Source: Zygnema circumcarinatum SAG 698-1b
Lineage: Eukaryota; Plantae; Zygnematophyceae
DNA length: 64,000 nt
Direction: 5' to 3'
Assembly (NCBI GenBank): GCA_037447605.1
Contig: CM074822.1
Span: forward strand, 1,883,492 to 1,947,491
Part shown: one piece after another, positions 13,075 to 25,843 of the stretch
Layout of the letters: each line of letters starts with the position of its first letter
Position numbering within the stretch: the first letter of the stretch is position 1
Translations under genes and position numbers: made by a program
The notes under the pieces: generated by a model
What the model was told of the DNA's origin: nothing
What the model saw: only the letters and a program-made list of their open reading frames with translations
Database searches by the model: none

Positions 13075-14163
13075 ATGGCGGCCGCGCCCTCCGCGCCGCA
13101 CCTCGCGCGCTTCTTCCTCGGCAGGCCGCCCTTCTCCTCGGAGGACGCGCCGCGCGGGCCAGGGTTTGGGGCCGAGCGGCGGAGCTCTCCTCCGCCTCCG
13201 CCGGCGCTGCCCCTCTCGCGCATGCCCTCGCACGTGAGCAGCATCACCACTGACAGCAGCGCGGCCATCGCCGCCGGGGAGGGCGGCTGCAAGGCGGCGT
13301 CTCTCTGTTCGACGGAATTTAGCGACCAGAGCAGCTCCTCGCGCCCCTCCTTACCCTTCTCAGAGATGGAGGAGCAGTTCGGCCGCGGCCATGGCCATGA
13401 CCGGCACGACAGGCTGCGGCGAGAGGTTCAGAACGCGGCGGCCATGGCTGCAGAGAAGGGCGGGGCCTGGGCGCAGACTGAGCTGCATCTACGAGGTTCA
13501 CAAGCTGCCGCGTGGCACGCTGCTCGCTTTGCAGCGCAGCCAGGCGAATGCGCATCCGGAGGCTCGCCTTGCTCAACCACGTCATCGCTGACCGAGGGAT
13601 CCGAGCGGAGCAGCCATGGCGGCGTGAGGACGGAGGGTCTGCTCGGGGACAGGTCAAAGCAGGTAGCGGAGACAGGGAGCACCGCTGCAGGGGCCATGGC
13701 GGCTGCTGTGGCTTCGAGGAAGGCGCAGCGCGTGGGGGCGTACGGCCTCTCTTTGGAGAACATGGCGGGACTCCCCCCCGCTTGCTGCACGCGCATGTGC
13801 ACGTTCTTCTCCATGCCCTGCTCCAAGCGCCGCCGCAGGATGCCGCCCGGGGACGCGCCCCCTCCGCTCTCGCCGCCGCGCGACCGCCATGGCGACCACG
13901 GGGCGGCGGAGCGGGGGCAGTCGCCCGAAGAGGAGCGATGGGTCCTCGGCGGGAAGGAGGCGGAGGGAGGAGGGAGCCTGCTTCCGCTTGCAGCAGCAAG
14001 CCATGGCTCCCGCAGCAGCCATGGCGGCCACGGGGCGCTGGAAAGCCGGCCGGTCCCTCTGAAGAGGGTCGCAGATGCCGCGGACGGGTGGCGGCGCTGC
14101 CCGAGGGAGGACGCGGCGGCTGCAGCAGAAGGAGGAGACCTCGACCTCGACCTTAGGCTATGA
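13075..14163 (+). CDS. Intronless ~362-aa low-complexity protein with C-terminal EAR motif (DLDLDLRL); putative transcriptional repressor/TOPLESS adaptor
   Basis: Open frame from gccATGGCG (good Kozak context, preceded by the (TCCC)n tract seen before other genes here) to TGA 14163. It ends exactly in DLDLDLRL, and has internal TELHLRG and GLSL motifs, a Cys cluster CCTRMCTFFSMPC and basic KRRRR. No DNA-binding domain recognised. An N gap lies directly upstream. Confidence 0.7.
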   Translation: MAAAPSAPHLARFFLGRPPFSSEDAPRGPGFGAERRSSPPPPPALPLSRMPSHVSSITTDSSAAIAAGEGGCKAASLCSTEFSDQSSSSRPSLPFSEMEEQFGRGHGHDRHDRLRREVQNAAAMAAEKGGAWAQTELHLRGSQAAAWHAARFAAQPGECASGGSPCSTTSSLTEGSERSSHGGVRTEGLLGDRSKQVAETGSTAAGAMAAAVASRKAQRVGAYGLSLENMAGLPPACCTRMCTFFSMPCSKRRRRMPPGDAPPPLSPPRDRHGDHGAAERGQSPEEERWVLGGKEAEGGGSLLPLAAASHGSRSSHGGHGALESRPVPLKRVADAADGWRRCPREDAAAAAEGGDLDLDLRL

Positions 14164-14875
14164 CGGATGACGGATGGACGGACGCGCCACAAGAACATTT
14201 GTCACCATTCCATTAATTTTTTACATAGTAGTTCGAAGTTAGATTGATGTCGAATACAGCCCAGTTTGCTGCACCTGATGTCCACCATGCCGTCTCTTAT
14301 TTTTGCATTCGAATAACTCGACCTCCGTAGGAGCTACTCATAACCCTACGAATAAGCGAACCTTGCACAGGGCAGGGGAGAGAAGTGTTCAGATCGACCG
14401 TCGTTAGAAGCCCTGACTTTGGATTTCGTTACTGAAATTTTGATAGTGCAGTGTCTTATCTACAATACTACTCTTATGTTATTTGCAACCTTTTTCTTTT
14501 ATCAAAATGTGATGCTTTACTGCATGCCTCAGGCAGAGAGCTGGCAGAGGGCTCCGGATTATAAGCAGGAAAATAATTGACGCGTCTTCTCGTTCACACT
14601 TTTGAGCCTGAGCGGTACCTCTGTCATTCACTGCACCGCTGCAAACTGCGAAGAGCAAGCAACGCTGAGTGCACGCCAGACCACGCAACAATTGGAAGGC
14701 TTGGATTGCCAGCGAAACTTGAAAGCACACACATTACATCCTAACGCCATCCGGTCCCCTTTCCTGTACAAATGAGGCTGAACAAAGGCTATGCGCCAAT
14801 TCGCAAGCCCGCCCGCCCTCCCTGCTCTGCACTGCCCCCTACCTCCCTCCCTCCCTCCCTCCCTCCCTCCCTCCC

Positions 14876-17800
14876 TCAGCGCAGCCGTCGCCGCTTTTCC
14901 TTCAAGTCCGCGAAGAAGCCGCGTACTGCCTCTCCGGTGACGGTCTCGCCCCTCTGCCCGCACTGCGCCTGCCACACTCCTCCAACCCCCGCGGACGGAC
15001 AGTTCAGGGACTCGGACTGACTGCTTACAAACTACCATGAGAAAAGAGGAAGGAGGCGGCGGTCTCCCTGAAGGCCAACTCTCCTCTCGTCCGGCAGGGT
15101 TGGACATTCTTCTGGCAGATAGTTCATGCAGTTCGGTGTGGAATTTGAAAGACATGCCAAAACGAGACTACTTCAACATCTGGTGGAGACGTCGCACAGA
15201 ATGAAAGAGAGAGAATGATAAGCGCTTACCAGAAAATCCTTCAGCTTTGACGTCATATCATTAAATCCATGCATGATTTCAATTTTCTGGACATGGCTTA
15301 TTTCTGGACTCTTCATGAAAGCAGAGGTGGCACGCTCCATGAAAGATGGTTGGCCCTGCCGTCTCTGCTTCACGCCTTCCTCATATGCTCGGATGGTGTC
15401 CTCCACGTTCAGCAGAAACAAAACTTTGCCATGTTCGTACAGTCTGTATGCGCACACGCCCCGGACCGTTCATGAGAACTTTGGACGGCTCCAAAGCCCA
15501 CAGCAGCACCAGACAACGCGTCTCCAGGCATAGAAAGTCGCAATTTTTTTCATCATACATAGAACGAACGGTCTGAATGCATTCCGTTTGAATAGTTAAG
15601 TAGCACTGAACAGTCAGAACGGTCCAAACGCTGACACATTCAATAGAAATATCGAGGTGGACCATTTCTGCATCCATATCAGATCACACCAAAATTGCAC
15701 ACACCCATGTTTTTTTACCACCCCTTGCAGACCCACCGAGGCATGAATGCGTACTCACTTGGAACATTCCGGGCAGGTGCAAAGATTGGAACGCCAATTC
15801 TTTGGCAGAAATAGGGGTCCAGTTAACGAGGGCAGCGCTGACCCTTCCCGGGAGGACACCCGGCAACATCCTCTCTCGTCGCTTCCATGTCGAGTTTCAA
15901 TTCCTCCACCATTTGAATTCATCTCAACCCCATGGTTTATAATCGCCACAGATGAGCCTGTCGGCCCTGTAGGGACAGAATCTGAATAGGATCCAATGGA
16001 TGGTCCTTCACCAACGATTGTATCGCCTGATGGCGCTTCACAACTTTCCGCACTTGTCTCCCTCTTTCCAGCAACGTGAGAAGAAGGTGACACATCCGTA
16101 TGTGCCGTCACTTGCCCTCCTTCTGACTCACCTTCTGATGCTGACTGCAGCTGCACCGTTTCCTGCTTCCTAGCGGCACTCTCAATGTTGCAGTCAAAAG
16201 TTGCTTCCGTCGCCTCTTTAGAAATCACCACATCTGCTCCTGCTTCGCCGTCTCCAACGATGCTTGGGCTAATCAGCAAATCAGGGTAGAAGGCCAAGAA
16301 ACTACAGCGCTTTGTCGCACACTCTTTACAAATCAACTCCTCAAACAGCATTTCACCTTCATCGTCAGCGGGTGCCTGCAGTAAAACGCAATTTCAGATC
16401 ATACACTTGAATTTGAATCGGTCTCTACTTAACAGTTTGCAACAAAAACAACTGATACGACTTGGATGTCGTGACTCTGACGGGCTTCACCACAATGAAC
16501 CGTTTAGGCAACAAACAATTCAGGGGCGAATGAGCTTCTTCGTTAAGTCAAGTTAAGGCGAGCAACAAAGTATGCTAAGCTTTGTGCGCAACAATTAAAC
16601 CCCCCATTCTTGTGGGAATGAGAGGGGTTGGCCACAACTGGATGGTGATCAAACCGAAAGTCCACGACTGCCTTCAGTTGCATGTGAACCTGTGACTCCT
16701 CTTGTTTCCTTAAGGCATCAAAATAAAGGTGTTCCTTCAAAGGTTCTAACTCTGTGACCTGATAATATGTACGGAAACACTCATTCACGCTTGAATATGG
16801 CTATTGACACAAATCTACAACTGCCAACACAGGCCACCCCTTCAGTCTGAAGACCAAATTTTGGAGCAGCGAGAATTCAAACAGAAAAGGAGTTTCTCAA
16901 AATAGGTTTCAAAGTTAGAGATAAGTGAGCCTTACACTCAGATTGGAGCTGAGCCCAAGATGGTCATAATGGAACCAATCTTCACAAACACAGCATTGGA
17001 TCATGTCCTCTGAAAGCTCCGCATCAGCCCTCTCCTGATCTGGATACGGGCGGCCGCACGTGCAGTATTCACCCTTGAAGTTCTGATTATAGACATTATC
17101 AGCATTGACAGCATCTTTTGAAGGTTGCAACCGACACATGAATGCCCCAAATTTGGAATTTCCACAATCACATCGAAAATTGCGTCTAGTCCAGAGCTCC
17201 ACAACCTGCATTAGAGATCAAGCATCGTCAACAGGGTCTTAACTGAAAGAATTTATTAGGTCACGCACAGATGCATGGTTTCGTGCTGACAATGAAGGAA
17301 CAAGAACTTTTTTCGTGGATGCTGTATGATGAATGTTTCCGTAAGGTGAGAAAACGTTCCCGGGATTTTTTTTTGTCTAACGCCTTGTCTACGGTTAACA
17401 GCATCAAAATTAGCCATTGCAAAAAAGGGACAAGAAAACCATTTTCCAAACCATCACTGAATCATCCTTCCCAGTTTCAGAAAATCCATACTCCCACCTG
17501 CATTGAAGGTTCCTCCTTAATCTCATTGACTTGCTCAGTTTCACGACAATGACACACAAGTCAGCCATTGCAAATACTCTTCGCCTCCGTAGCAGAACAC
17601 AGGAAAAGCACTGTTGACAAACTTTATTTCATAACTCCAGCGAACAGCTCTGCCATGCAGACCCACATTGTGGTCGTCATGACACGCGAGAGCACACGCC
17701 GTGCAGAAGCCCGCCGCGCCCTCGGGAGTGCAGGTCAGGCACGAGAAGACAGCCTGGCGAGCCACGTAGCCCTGCTCGTACGTGCAGCGGTCGCCATCGT

Positions 17801-18658
17801 CCCCGCCCAACACCATGTCTGCTTCCTGCACGAGGCGGAGGGGGGCGAAGGGGGAAGTGAGGGAGGTGGGAGGGGGTGAGGGAGATAGAGAGGCGGAATG
17901 GGTCGGAGATTGAATGGGGAAGGGAGGAGAGGGGCGACAGAGAGTGGGCGAAGGGGGGCAGGACGAGGAGGGCGCGAGGGAAGCAAGAGAGAAAAGAGGG
18001 AGCAAGACGAAAGTGGGAGAGAAAGAAAGAAGAGGAAGGGCGAGGTAAAGTAGAGCAAAGAGAAAGACGTAAAGAAACAACGAAGGGCTATTCTGCATTG
18101 TTGCTTGCAAAGCAAGCGAAGCTTGGAATTCAGAACTGACAAACAGGTTGAATACGACCTTAGCTGAATTTCGGATGAAAATCATCCAGTTACAAATTGA
18201 TGAGTTATTCATGCAATTTGCAGAAAACCTGTTGCGGAATGCCAATGAAAGGGCTATTCAACTTCTGTGCCAGAATCTGGTAATTGGACTATGTCTCTTT
18301 CGCTTTAGAAGCGAAAGTAAAAAAGCTGATGGTTTGGAATATAAGTGGTCGAGGAAAGTAAGCTTATTCTACTCTAACCGCACATAAACGAAAAGATAAT
18401 GCAAGGAGCACACGACAGGGCTCCAGGAGAAGAAAACTGAGAAGAAAGGAAACCACATGGAAACCGAGCGAGTGGGAGAAGTGAAAGGAGAGCGGGAAGG
18501 AAGACGAGGAGAAAGAGCAGAGGCGAAGGAACAAAAAAGATAGCCGCACTCCTGCCGGCCGGCCCCTCGCACCCCTGACTGACCTGCTCGATGTCCTCCA
18601 GCTTCTGCAGGTACTCGCCCGCAGTGACCACCTCGTCGGCAGCAAGAACCCCGTCCAT
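14876..18658 (-). CDS. UBR7: UBR7-type E3 ligase (UBR-box zinc finger + PHD)
   Basis: Exons 18658-18584, ~17827-17667, ~17205-16937, ~16376-15759, 15441-15230, 14968-14876. Motifs: EADMVLGGDDGDRCTYEQGYVARQAVFSCLTC; ELWTRRNFRCDCGNSKF; NVYNQNFKGEYCTCGRPYPD; MIQCCVCEDWFH; FLPKNWRSNLCTC; FLLNVEDTIRAYE; last exon VTGEAVRGFFADLKEKRRR*. Confidence 0.93.
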
Positions 18659-18892
18659 GGCGCCTGCCTCCCTCCCTCCCTCCCTCACGGCCCTTCAAAC
18701 GCTCTGCATCCTCTCCTTTACCTGCCCGTAGAAACCCGGGCAGGTCGCACCTCTCTCCTGAGAGGCCCTCGGCCCTGCCCTAGTGGAAACATTTCCGACG
18801 GGCAGGGCCGTACCGTACGGAGAGCGCGCGCCTTTGGTTCGCGTTCGCGCCAAAACTCAAAAAGTTGGCCACGCGCAAAATGGCTCAGGACG

Positions 18893-18964
18893 AGGTCCTA
18901 CCGGGATTCGAACCCAGGTCGCTGGATTCAAAGTCCAGAGTGCTAACCACTACACCATAGAACC
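18893..18964 (-). tRNA. trnQ-UUG: tRNA-Gln (anticodon TTG), nuclear type, intronless
   Basis: Reverse complement GGTTCTATGGTGTAGTGGTTAGCACTCTGGACTTTGAATCCAGCGACCTGGGTTCGAATCCCGGTAGGACCT: acceptor stem GGTTCTA/TAGGACC, anticodon loop CTTTGAA, T-loop GGTTCGAATCC, T4/T5 runs downstream. Confidence 0.97.
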
Positions 18965-19082
18965 ACATGAAAACTTGAGTGTTACTTACATCTTTATCAA
19001 AAATTCCGTGCTAGCTCTGAAACAATTAAAAAAGGGAAGAAAGAGGACTTCTTTTGTATGTAGAAAAGAAGGAGAAAGAAAT

Positions 19083-19173
19083 GTGTTTCGGTCCTTTGTG
19101 ACCAGTCCTTCGTGGTTCCACATTTTGCCTTTGTCCATGTACATTTGATGGCCTCGCCATCGCGAGTTCAATG
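19083..19173 (-). repeat. Dispersed repeat family C, copy 1
   Basis: Reverse complement is nearly identical to 48501-48592 (cattgaactc.cgatg.cgaggccatcaaatgtacatggacaaa.gcaaaatgtggaaccacga.ggactggtc.caaaggaccgaaacac); diverged copies at 26302-26520 and 62005-62197. Confidence 0.85.
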
Positions 19174-19971
19174 AAAGTTTTCCCTTAGAAAGAAATTAAT
19201 TGAAATTTTGTAAAAGCCGAATTAAAAAATTATCAAAATCTTCTTCGCCAGGGAGAAAAACAGGAACATTTTTTTTTTTGCTAAATACGCTAATTATCTT
19301 TTTGTTCCTTTTGCCTAAGGAGAAAAGGCTTTTTTGCTACTGACTTTTTTTTTAAACTTAAAGGATTATTTTACATTGTCACTACTAACAACGGGAGGCT
19401 GCTAGTGTCCCTCGTCGCGGAGCTCTTCGCAGTTTTACTTTGTGATTGGCCGAAGCTAAATTTATCGGTCGGTCGGTCGGTCTGTCGGTCGGTCAGTCGG
19501 GCGGGGGCACATCCTGTCGGCCCATGGCAATAGCGCTCTTGAACGAGACCGAGAGCGCACAGGCATGGAGGCATGCAGGCATGCAGACATGCATGACCCG
19601 AGCGAGCTAGTACGGCCATGGCGGGCGGCAAGGCGAGAGAGTGATGAGCGGTGGGAGCATAACGAGATTCCATTCACGGCGCTCTGCGACGCACACGGGC
19701 TGAGCTCGCAGTCACAGGAATGAATGAATGCCGCTGATTATTACTGACCTGCATGGAAATAGAAGCCTCTACTCTCCGTACTTCGCCCACGACCCGCACT
19801 AGAGGGACCTAAAAAATGCCAAGCCACTGCACTGTACTCAACAAAGCCAAAAATCAAAACGCCCGTTCTGAGCTGCCCGAAAAAGAACTCTTCTCCTCTT
19901 AGTCAACAGTACAACGAGCGAGAAGAAGAATCCGCCGTCGCGCTCGCTCGGGGCAGACGGTCTGCCGCTGC

Positions 19972-22900
19972 TCACGCCACCTTCTTTGTCCTTTTGCTCC
20001 GCTTGACTCTCTTCGCCGCGACCTTTGGTGTTGCCCCGTTTTCCACGCCAACCTGCACATTGCAGACAATCGGCTCAAACGACTGATACGTAGAACTGCG
20101 TGCACCCTCAAATAGCAAAACAAAGCGTAGATCCCCAAAGACATCGCGCCTCACCAATCTTCTCCTAAACAAGACCTGTTGCAGCAGCATACACTCTGTT
20201 CCCGCTGACTCCATAACTATGGCGTGAGTCAAGGAGTGAAGTCGTTGGCCCATCCTTGTCGTACCCGTGATGTGAGGACAACATCATATGGTACACACAA
20301 TTCTTCTCTCAAAGGAAGTCTCTCGGACACTACTTCGATGGACCAGCCATGAGTGGATTAAGCTTTGGACGAGCCTACACTCGTCCATCTGAAAGGTGAA
20401 CTGGGTTCTACAGATCTCAACAGTCCAAGTTCAGTCCAAACAAAGCGGGAAGACGGCCGCACCTTAGAGGGAGCAGACGATGGAACTTCGAGATCGTCAT
20501 CATCATCTTCGTCGTCGTCGTGGTTTCCCTCCTCCCCTGAGTGCTCCGCCTCCCCCTGCTGCAGCGCGAGCCTCCCTCTGTCCTCTTCTGCCTTCGCTGC
20601 GCCGACTTTAGCGGCCTCTTCTGCCGCTTGCCTTGCTGACGCTTTCTTTGCAGCTTCTGCCGCTTTCAGAGCTCTAAATCTGATGGGATCACAATAAAAA
20701 CCAATGCATTCCCATGAGCAGGAGAAAACCGGAAGTTGGCTACTATTCATAATCCTGAACCTGTTCAAAACAACGACCGGTACATTTCATGTACTCTTCC
20801 GGTGATGCCACACACCGAAAAATAAAGCCAAAGCCCTTTTCCACTACGAATATCTTTTAAGTTCCATGTTTGCCCCCTTTCAAGTATACGAATGGGCAGG
20901 GGTATTCCTCCGTCTTACAGAAAGAACGAATTATCTTTTTTTCTTTTTTTTTTTTGCGAGTTCTCGCAGGTCCTCCTTGCTCCTACCGCAGACGTTCCTC
21001 ACTCCGACGAAGTTAGCTCACCAAGACACTAATAAACGACATCAGACTCGCCGCTTCGCCACATTAGACGGCGCGTGAAACACAAGAAACACGTCGATCC
21101 CCCTAAAGCAGCTGAACGAGCTCTTGCATGAAAGGTAAATTTCGATTTCCCACCTTTCCCCTCTCGTCCGCTCCACTTCCTTCTCTTCGACTGTGGCAAT
21201 TGTCGCTGCGCCGGAACGCTTGGCCTGCCCTGCATCGATGATGCCGCTCCCATCTTTCCCGACGACCGGAGTGGCCCCGCCGTACTGCTTCAAATAGAGC
21301 TGCTGAGCTGTACTCAGCACATTGTTTGTCAACCTGCAGACACCCCCTCGCCACGTTGGAGTTAACAGGGTCTGCGACGAAATAGTGCTCCCAACATATG
21401 AGAACCCCCATTCTATGCTGCTTTGTTGTCTGCAAAGTCACTGAAGGACATGTAATGTGGGTGGTGGCCCCAAGGCAGTACACGAAACCTACATCTCCAC
21501 AGCCAAGCCAACCACTTCAAAGAAAAATAGCTATTCTAACTCGAGCAACAAGAATTCCACACTCTGGTTAGGCGGAAAGTGCAAACCACAGAAAGTTTAA
21601 CTTCTCTGAGATGCCTGATTAGAACAGAACAAAACAGATCAGCTTCGGCCCCATACCAGTAAAGTGACAAGCCCGATGGCACCGAAAGGGAGAAATAACC
21701 AATCATAAACGGAAGGAATTTCAATATAGCCTGTGTCTGTTTCTGTGCAGGGTCCTGCGTAGGTACATCCAACCATCCAAGAGAAGGTGTAATGTTTCAG
21801 CATATTGATAAGCATTCAAAAATGTAACGACTGACCTTTCGGAATCGAAGATATGGTAGAAAATAGAAGGACATGGATCTCAGATTTTCATGATTGAACC
21901 CATGCAATAATGCACATATCTCAGGATTGCCTGCGCTTGCATAGCGCCGCCAGAAGCCATTTCTGGTTTTATGATTAGATTTCCGCATCGAGAGCCCACA
22001 AGCGAATTACTACATGCTCAACATCCGGTACCGTTTGGTCCGTATCCTAGGGTTTGTTAACTGCATAAACCTGCAAAAGAGGCAGCTAGTCATGGGGCTT
22101 GCAATGTGTTTTCTTCACCAGAGAGAGCCCGCACTCACAGTGGTGGCCGGCTGCATGAGCTGCATTGAGAAAAACTGCGACGCCACGAGCATGACCGGCA
22201 GGACGAGGTATGCCGCCGTGGGTAGCCACCCGAGAGGAGGGGCACCGTCCTGCCATCCGCAGCATGCGGACCACCACCGACACATCAATGGCGAAGAGTG
22301 CTTCAAAGTAGCACATAAATATGTACATCACCTTCTGGGCAAGACGTATGACAGCCTGTTCCAACGCAAAATCTGAATGTCAAAACATCCGCTATTCCCC
22401 CAGCTCAAAGTTTCAACACAACCCCTGAATGGGGAATTATAATATCGGCGCAACACGGACCTGGACAGGTAGCAAAGCTTGGGCAATTCAAAATTGCTCT
22501 GGAGGAACGATAACATGCAATTGACCAAAACAGTTGCACCGTGCCAAAAGGTTCTTGAACAAGGGAGGTGCCACGTCCTGGCGAGTGTCTCTTAGCAGTG
22601 TGACAACAGAGGTTCCAACTTCGGCATAAAAATGGTTTCTGACTGTCTGGTCAGCGCAGAAGACCAAAACCTATCTTGTGTTCCTCCTTCAGCAGTGTCT
22701 GCTTTCAGCCCTTTACAACTTGGCTAGTTTCTTTCTGGCAAGAAGTTCAGATATTTTACCACAAATGGAAACAGCCATGTAAGGCCTGTCTGGCCGTTGG
22801 AAGGACCCGCCAATGAAGGAATCCAAAAAAACCCCTCCGTCAAGACACCCTGCAAGTAAAACGATTGTGTAGAGTACTTCATAATCTTGTATCAGACAAA

Positions 22901-25843
22901 TTTAATGCGACAAAGTAAGTAGTCAAGCGTAATCGACCACTAGTAGGCCAAGAAAAGCAAAGCGTAAAATCACTGCTTTCTTTTCGATGAAATCTCAGAA
23001 TGCGCTGCCCGGAATTCATGAACGGACCTCATTCGCAACATTGCTTAATGCGCGATACAGGCCAATCCAAACCGGAATGGTTGCCAAGGTAGGAAGGCAG
23101 CCTGAAAAAAAAATAAGTGAACATAAAATGTGCTTGAAAAAGGTGCAAAAAAAGGAAATCAGCAGCGTAAATCACTACGAAAGTTTCCTATCGGAAGCGT
23201 CTACCAAATAAGGGTGGCAATAGTGGCTGCGTCATGTTGCCGTGAGGAGCTGGGTCATGCATGCCACATGTGCTTCACCTGCAAAGTTCCATATGTCCCC
23301 AACTCAAGGCCGAAAATGACGTTTCTCACCTGCTAGAGGATTGACACCAGCTTGCTGATACAGTCTTGCAGTTTCCAGTTGTATCCGTTCCTGAGACCCC
23401 ACCGCAAAATTTGAACTTCAGCCAATACAAATGCTAACTTCACCTTGAAACCCCCTGACAGCTCCTTCCCCTCCACTTCTCACCGACCTAAAAAAATTCA
23501 AAAAAACCTTCATTCTATTCCCATTTCCATACCGTCACAGCCCAAAAAATGCAATTTCTCCAAACCAAGCTCCTACCTCCACACTTCCCCTACTGTCTCT
23601 TTGGTGCTCCTTCCCCATTTCTTCCCAATTCCTCCTCTCTCTCTCATCAATTTTCTCCCTTCTTACCTCCTCCCCTTTCAAACTACATTCATCATGACAA
23701 TTTCATCCTACCTAAGAATGCTTAAAATGCTATCACACTTATAAGTGCACTGGTCAACTACCTCTACCTTTATCAAGTTTATTGTCATGCGGTTCTGAGG
23801 ATTGAGAATATGCTCAATATTTCAGCAACCCCTACTCCCCTTCCCCCACCTCCCTTCTCACACTACCTCCAACCCATACCACCCCCCCCCCCCCCCGCCC
23901 ACAAGCTTCCTTCTGCATGTGCAGTCTGTTTCGCTTCCTGTTCTTCACTAGTTCTTTTCTTTCTCACGTTTAGATTCCACTGCCTACACCTTCCCTCCCG
24001 TCTACCCCACTATCTCCGTCCCCTTCTCTTTCTCCTCCTCAAGCACCTGTCTCCTTCACTTGTCCCTCACCTTTCTTCTTTCTCCTCCCTTCCTTCTTAC
24101 TTTCTCACTTTTTCCTTTCTCCATTTCCTTACTCCTTTTTCCGGCCCATGCCCTACCTTCAATTCTTCTCTCCAAACTTTACAATATTTCCTTCATCTTT
24201 TCCATTATCTCATTTTCCAATCCTTCTAGTCCCGTTCATAGTGTCTTTATGTACCAGGTGTTATTCTTCTTTTTTCCATGCTTCCTTCCTCCAATAGCTT
24301 CCAAGTTTATCTGGTTGCGAAGCCCATCCCAGTAGAAAATAAAATCCACACCTGGTCGCCCTGGTACTTTGTTTGAATAGCTTTGATTTTCGGTTGAAGG
24401 TTCTGCATAGCCATCGTAGATTCCACCTGGAACAGACGCCCTAGATTTACAGGTCAGCCCGGCGATGCCCCCAGCTTCAACTAGCAATCAGTTTGTTCCT
24501 TTCAACTTAACTCTGCGGTGTAACAAATGCTCCCGTAAAATATTTTTCTGAGAGTCCGAAAAAAATGGTTTTTATGAATTTTAAAGAGCGGATTATGCCA
24601 GTCTTATTAATTTTCAAACAATGAAATCTAGCGGCTCGCCATTATGCTGGCAGAGAAGGAGTAAAACTAGCGCCTTGAATAAGGAGAACGCCCTGAAACT
24701 AGCTACATCAGTTGAAGTTGGAAACACCTTCTGCTCCAGACTCGAGACGGATGGTCAGGCAGGGCAAACGAAGGGGGGAACCTAAACCTGCTGCTTCGTC
24801 AGCGGATATGTGGCGGCTTTGACGAGGAGCGTGAGGAGGATGATGGAGAAGCCGTAGGCGTAGGGCACGTGCACGTTAGCCAAGCCGTTCTCCAAAAGCT
24901 GAAGCCAAGCCGCCCGTCTCCCTCGTCAATCACACTTTGTGGAATCCAACAAGAAGCAGGGCAAGAACAAGAAGCAGTTGTGGTTGAGCAACAACACCTG
25001 TCAAGAAACACACTGACGTAAAGGACTCCGAGACCAAGACAAATTAACTAACTAGCGCGGTGCATTAGTTGCGAGCAAGATAATGCAATTGCGCATAAAT
25101 TTCTTCGCGGTTGCACTGTATGGCAGAGGAGAGGCACACAAGGAAGGGCCAGCTCCTCTTCAAAACAACAACCTGAAGGCACTGCGTAAGACGGAGTGGA
25201 ATGCGCTCAATACATGGAGCCCGTCCTATGCCTGCTTGCGACGCGGAGGGACTCGAGAAGTGAAGCGGACAAAGCTGGGCAAAGGCTTACATCCTCCGTG
25301 CGGGACGACCGCACGGGAACAAAAGGACAGGACACAACGGCATTCATGGCGTGCAAGCGTCGTAAAACCTACAACGTTCTCGCAAGCTGTTGACCACAGG
25401 GAGACTCTTGCCTTTAAGATAGATTCAAGCACGTCTGCAAGGCCTGTGAGCCAATCCTGCTGCTTGACAAAGGTGGAGGCAGTCTCGGCAGCCGTCGATG
25501 CTGCGTCCACTGCTGACGATGCAGCGTCGGCAGCGCTGGACGTGACAGCTTGAATCGCGACATCATTTGCCGCATCAGCGATGCTGTAGACGGCATTTTG
25601 GCCGAACGCGACGGCCTCCTTGGCAGTCTCAACAAGGGAAAACGCATCCAAGGAAGCCTTTGCGGCGAAGGCCTGTACTCGGCGCTCATGAATTTGCCAG
25701 CTGTGCGCTCCGCCTAGTGTTCTACCGCCAAGAGAGCTCCTGAGCCGTTCCTTCGCAGGTGGCGAGGCCCGGCCGTACGGCGCGGAGGGCGGGCAGAGCG
25801 CGCAGCAGGGCCGCGCGGCGGTGAGCAGCAGAGCGCCCTCCAT
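19972..25843 (-). CDS. ALB3: ALB3/YidC/Oxa1 thylakoid membrane insertase
   Basis: Exons approx. 25843-25412, 24898-24788, 24426-24352, 23391-23331, 23102-23027, 22852-22760, 22258-22138, 21769-21656, 21335-21151, 20682-20463, 20052-19972. Motifs: transit peptide; DWLTGLADVLESILK|LLENGLANVHVPYAYGFSIILLTLLVKAATYPLTKQQ|VESTMAMQNLQPKIKAIQ; ETARLYQQAGVNPLAG|CLPTLATIPVWIGLYRAL; EGFFWIPSLAGP; FLPFMIGYFSLSVPSGLSLYW; basic C-terminus KRSKRTKK. Confidence 0.95.

Noticed and set aside
12070-13292. Long Cys/Pro/Ala-rich and SGQRAA ORFs
   Set aside because: Products of the stop-free GCGGGCA heptamer array, open in most frames and crossing an N gap.
15173-15229. Apparent UBR7 C-terminus continuing in ORF 15173..15457
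   Set aside because: A GTAAG donor at 15229 and a better-matching terminal exon at 14968-14876 (FFADLKEKRRR) explain the gene end.
19371-19677. ORFs with TDRQTDRP/ACLH repeats
   Set aside because: Short (GGTC)n and (GCAT)n repeats in the ALB3 3' flank; no coding signal.
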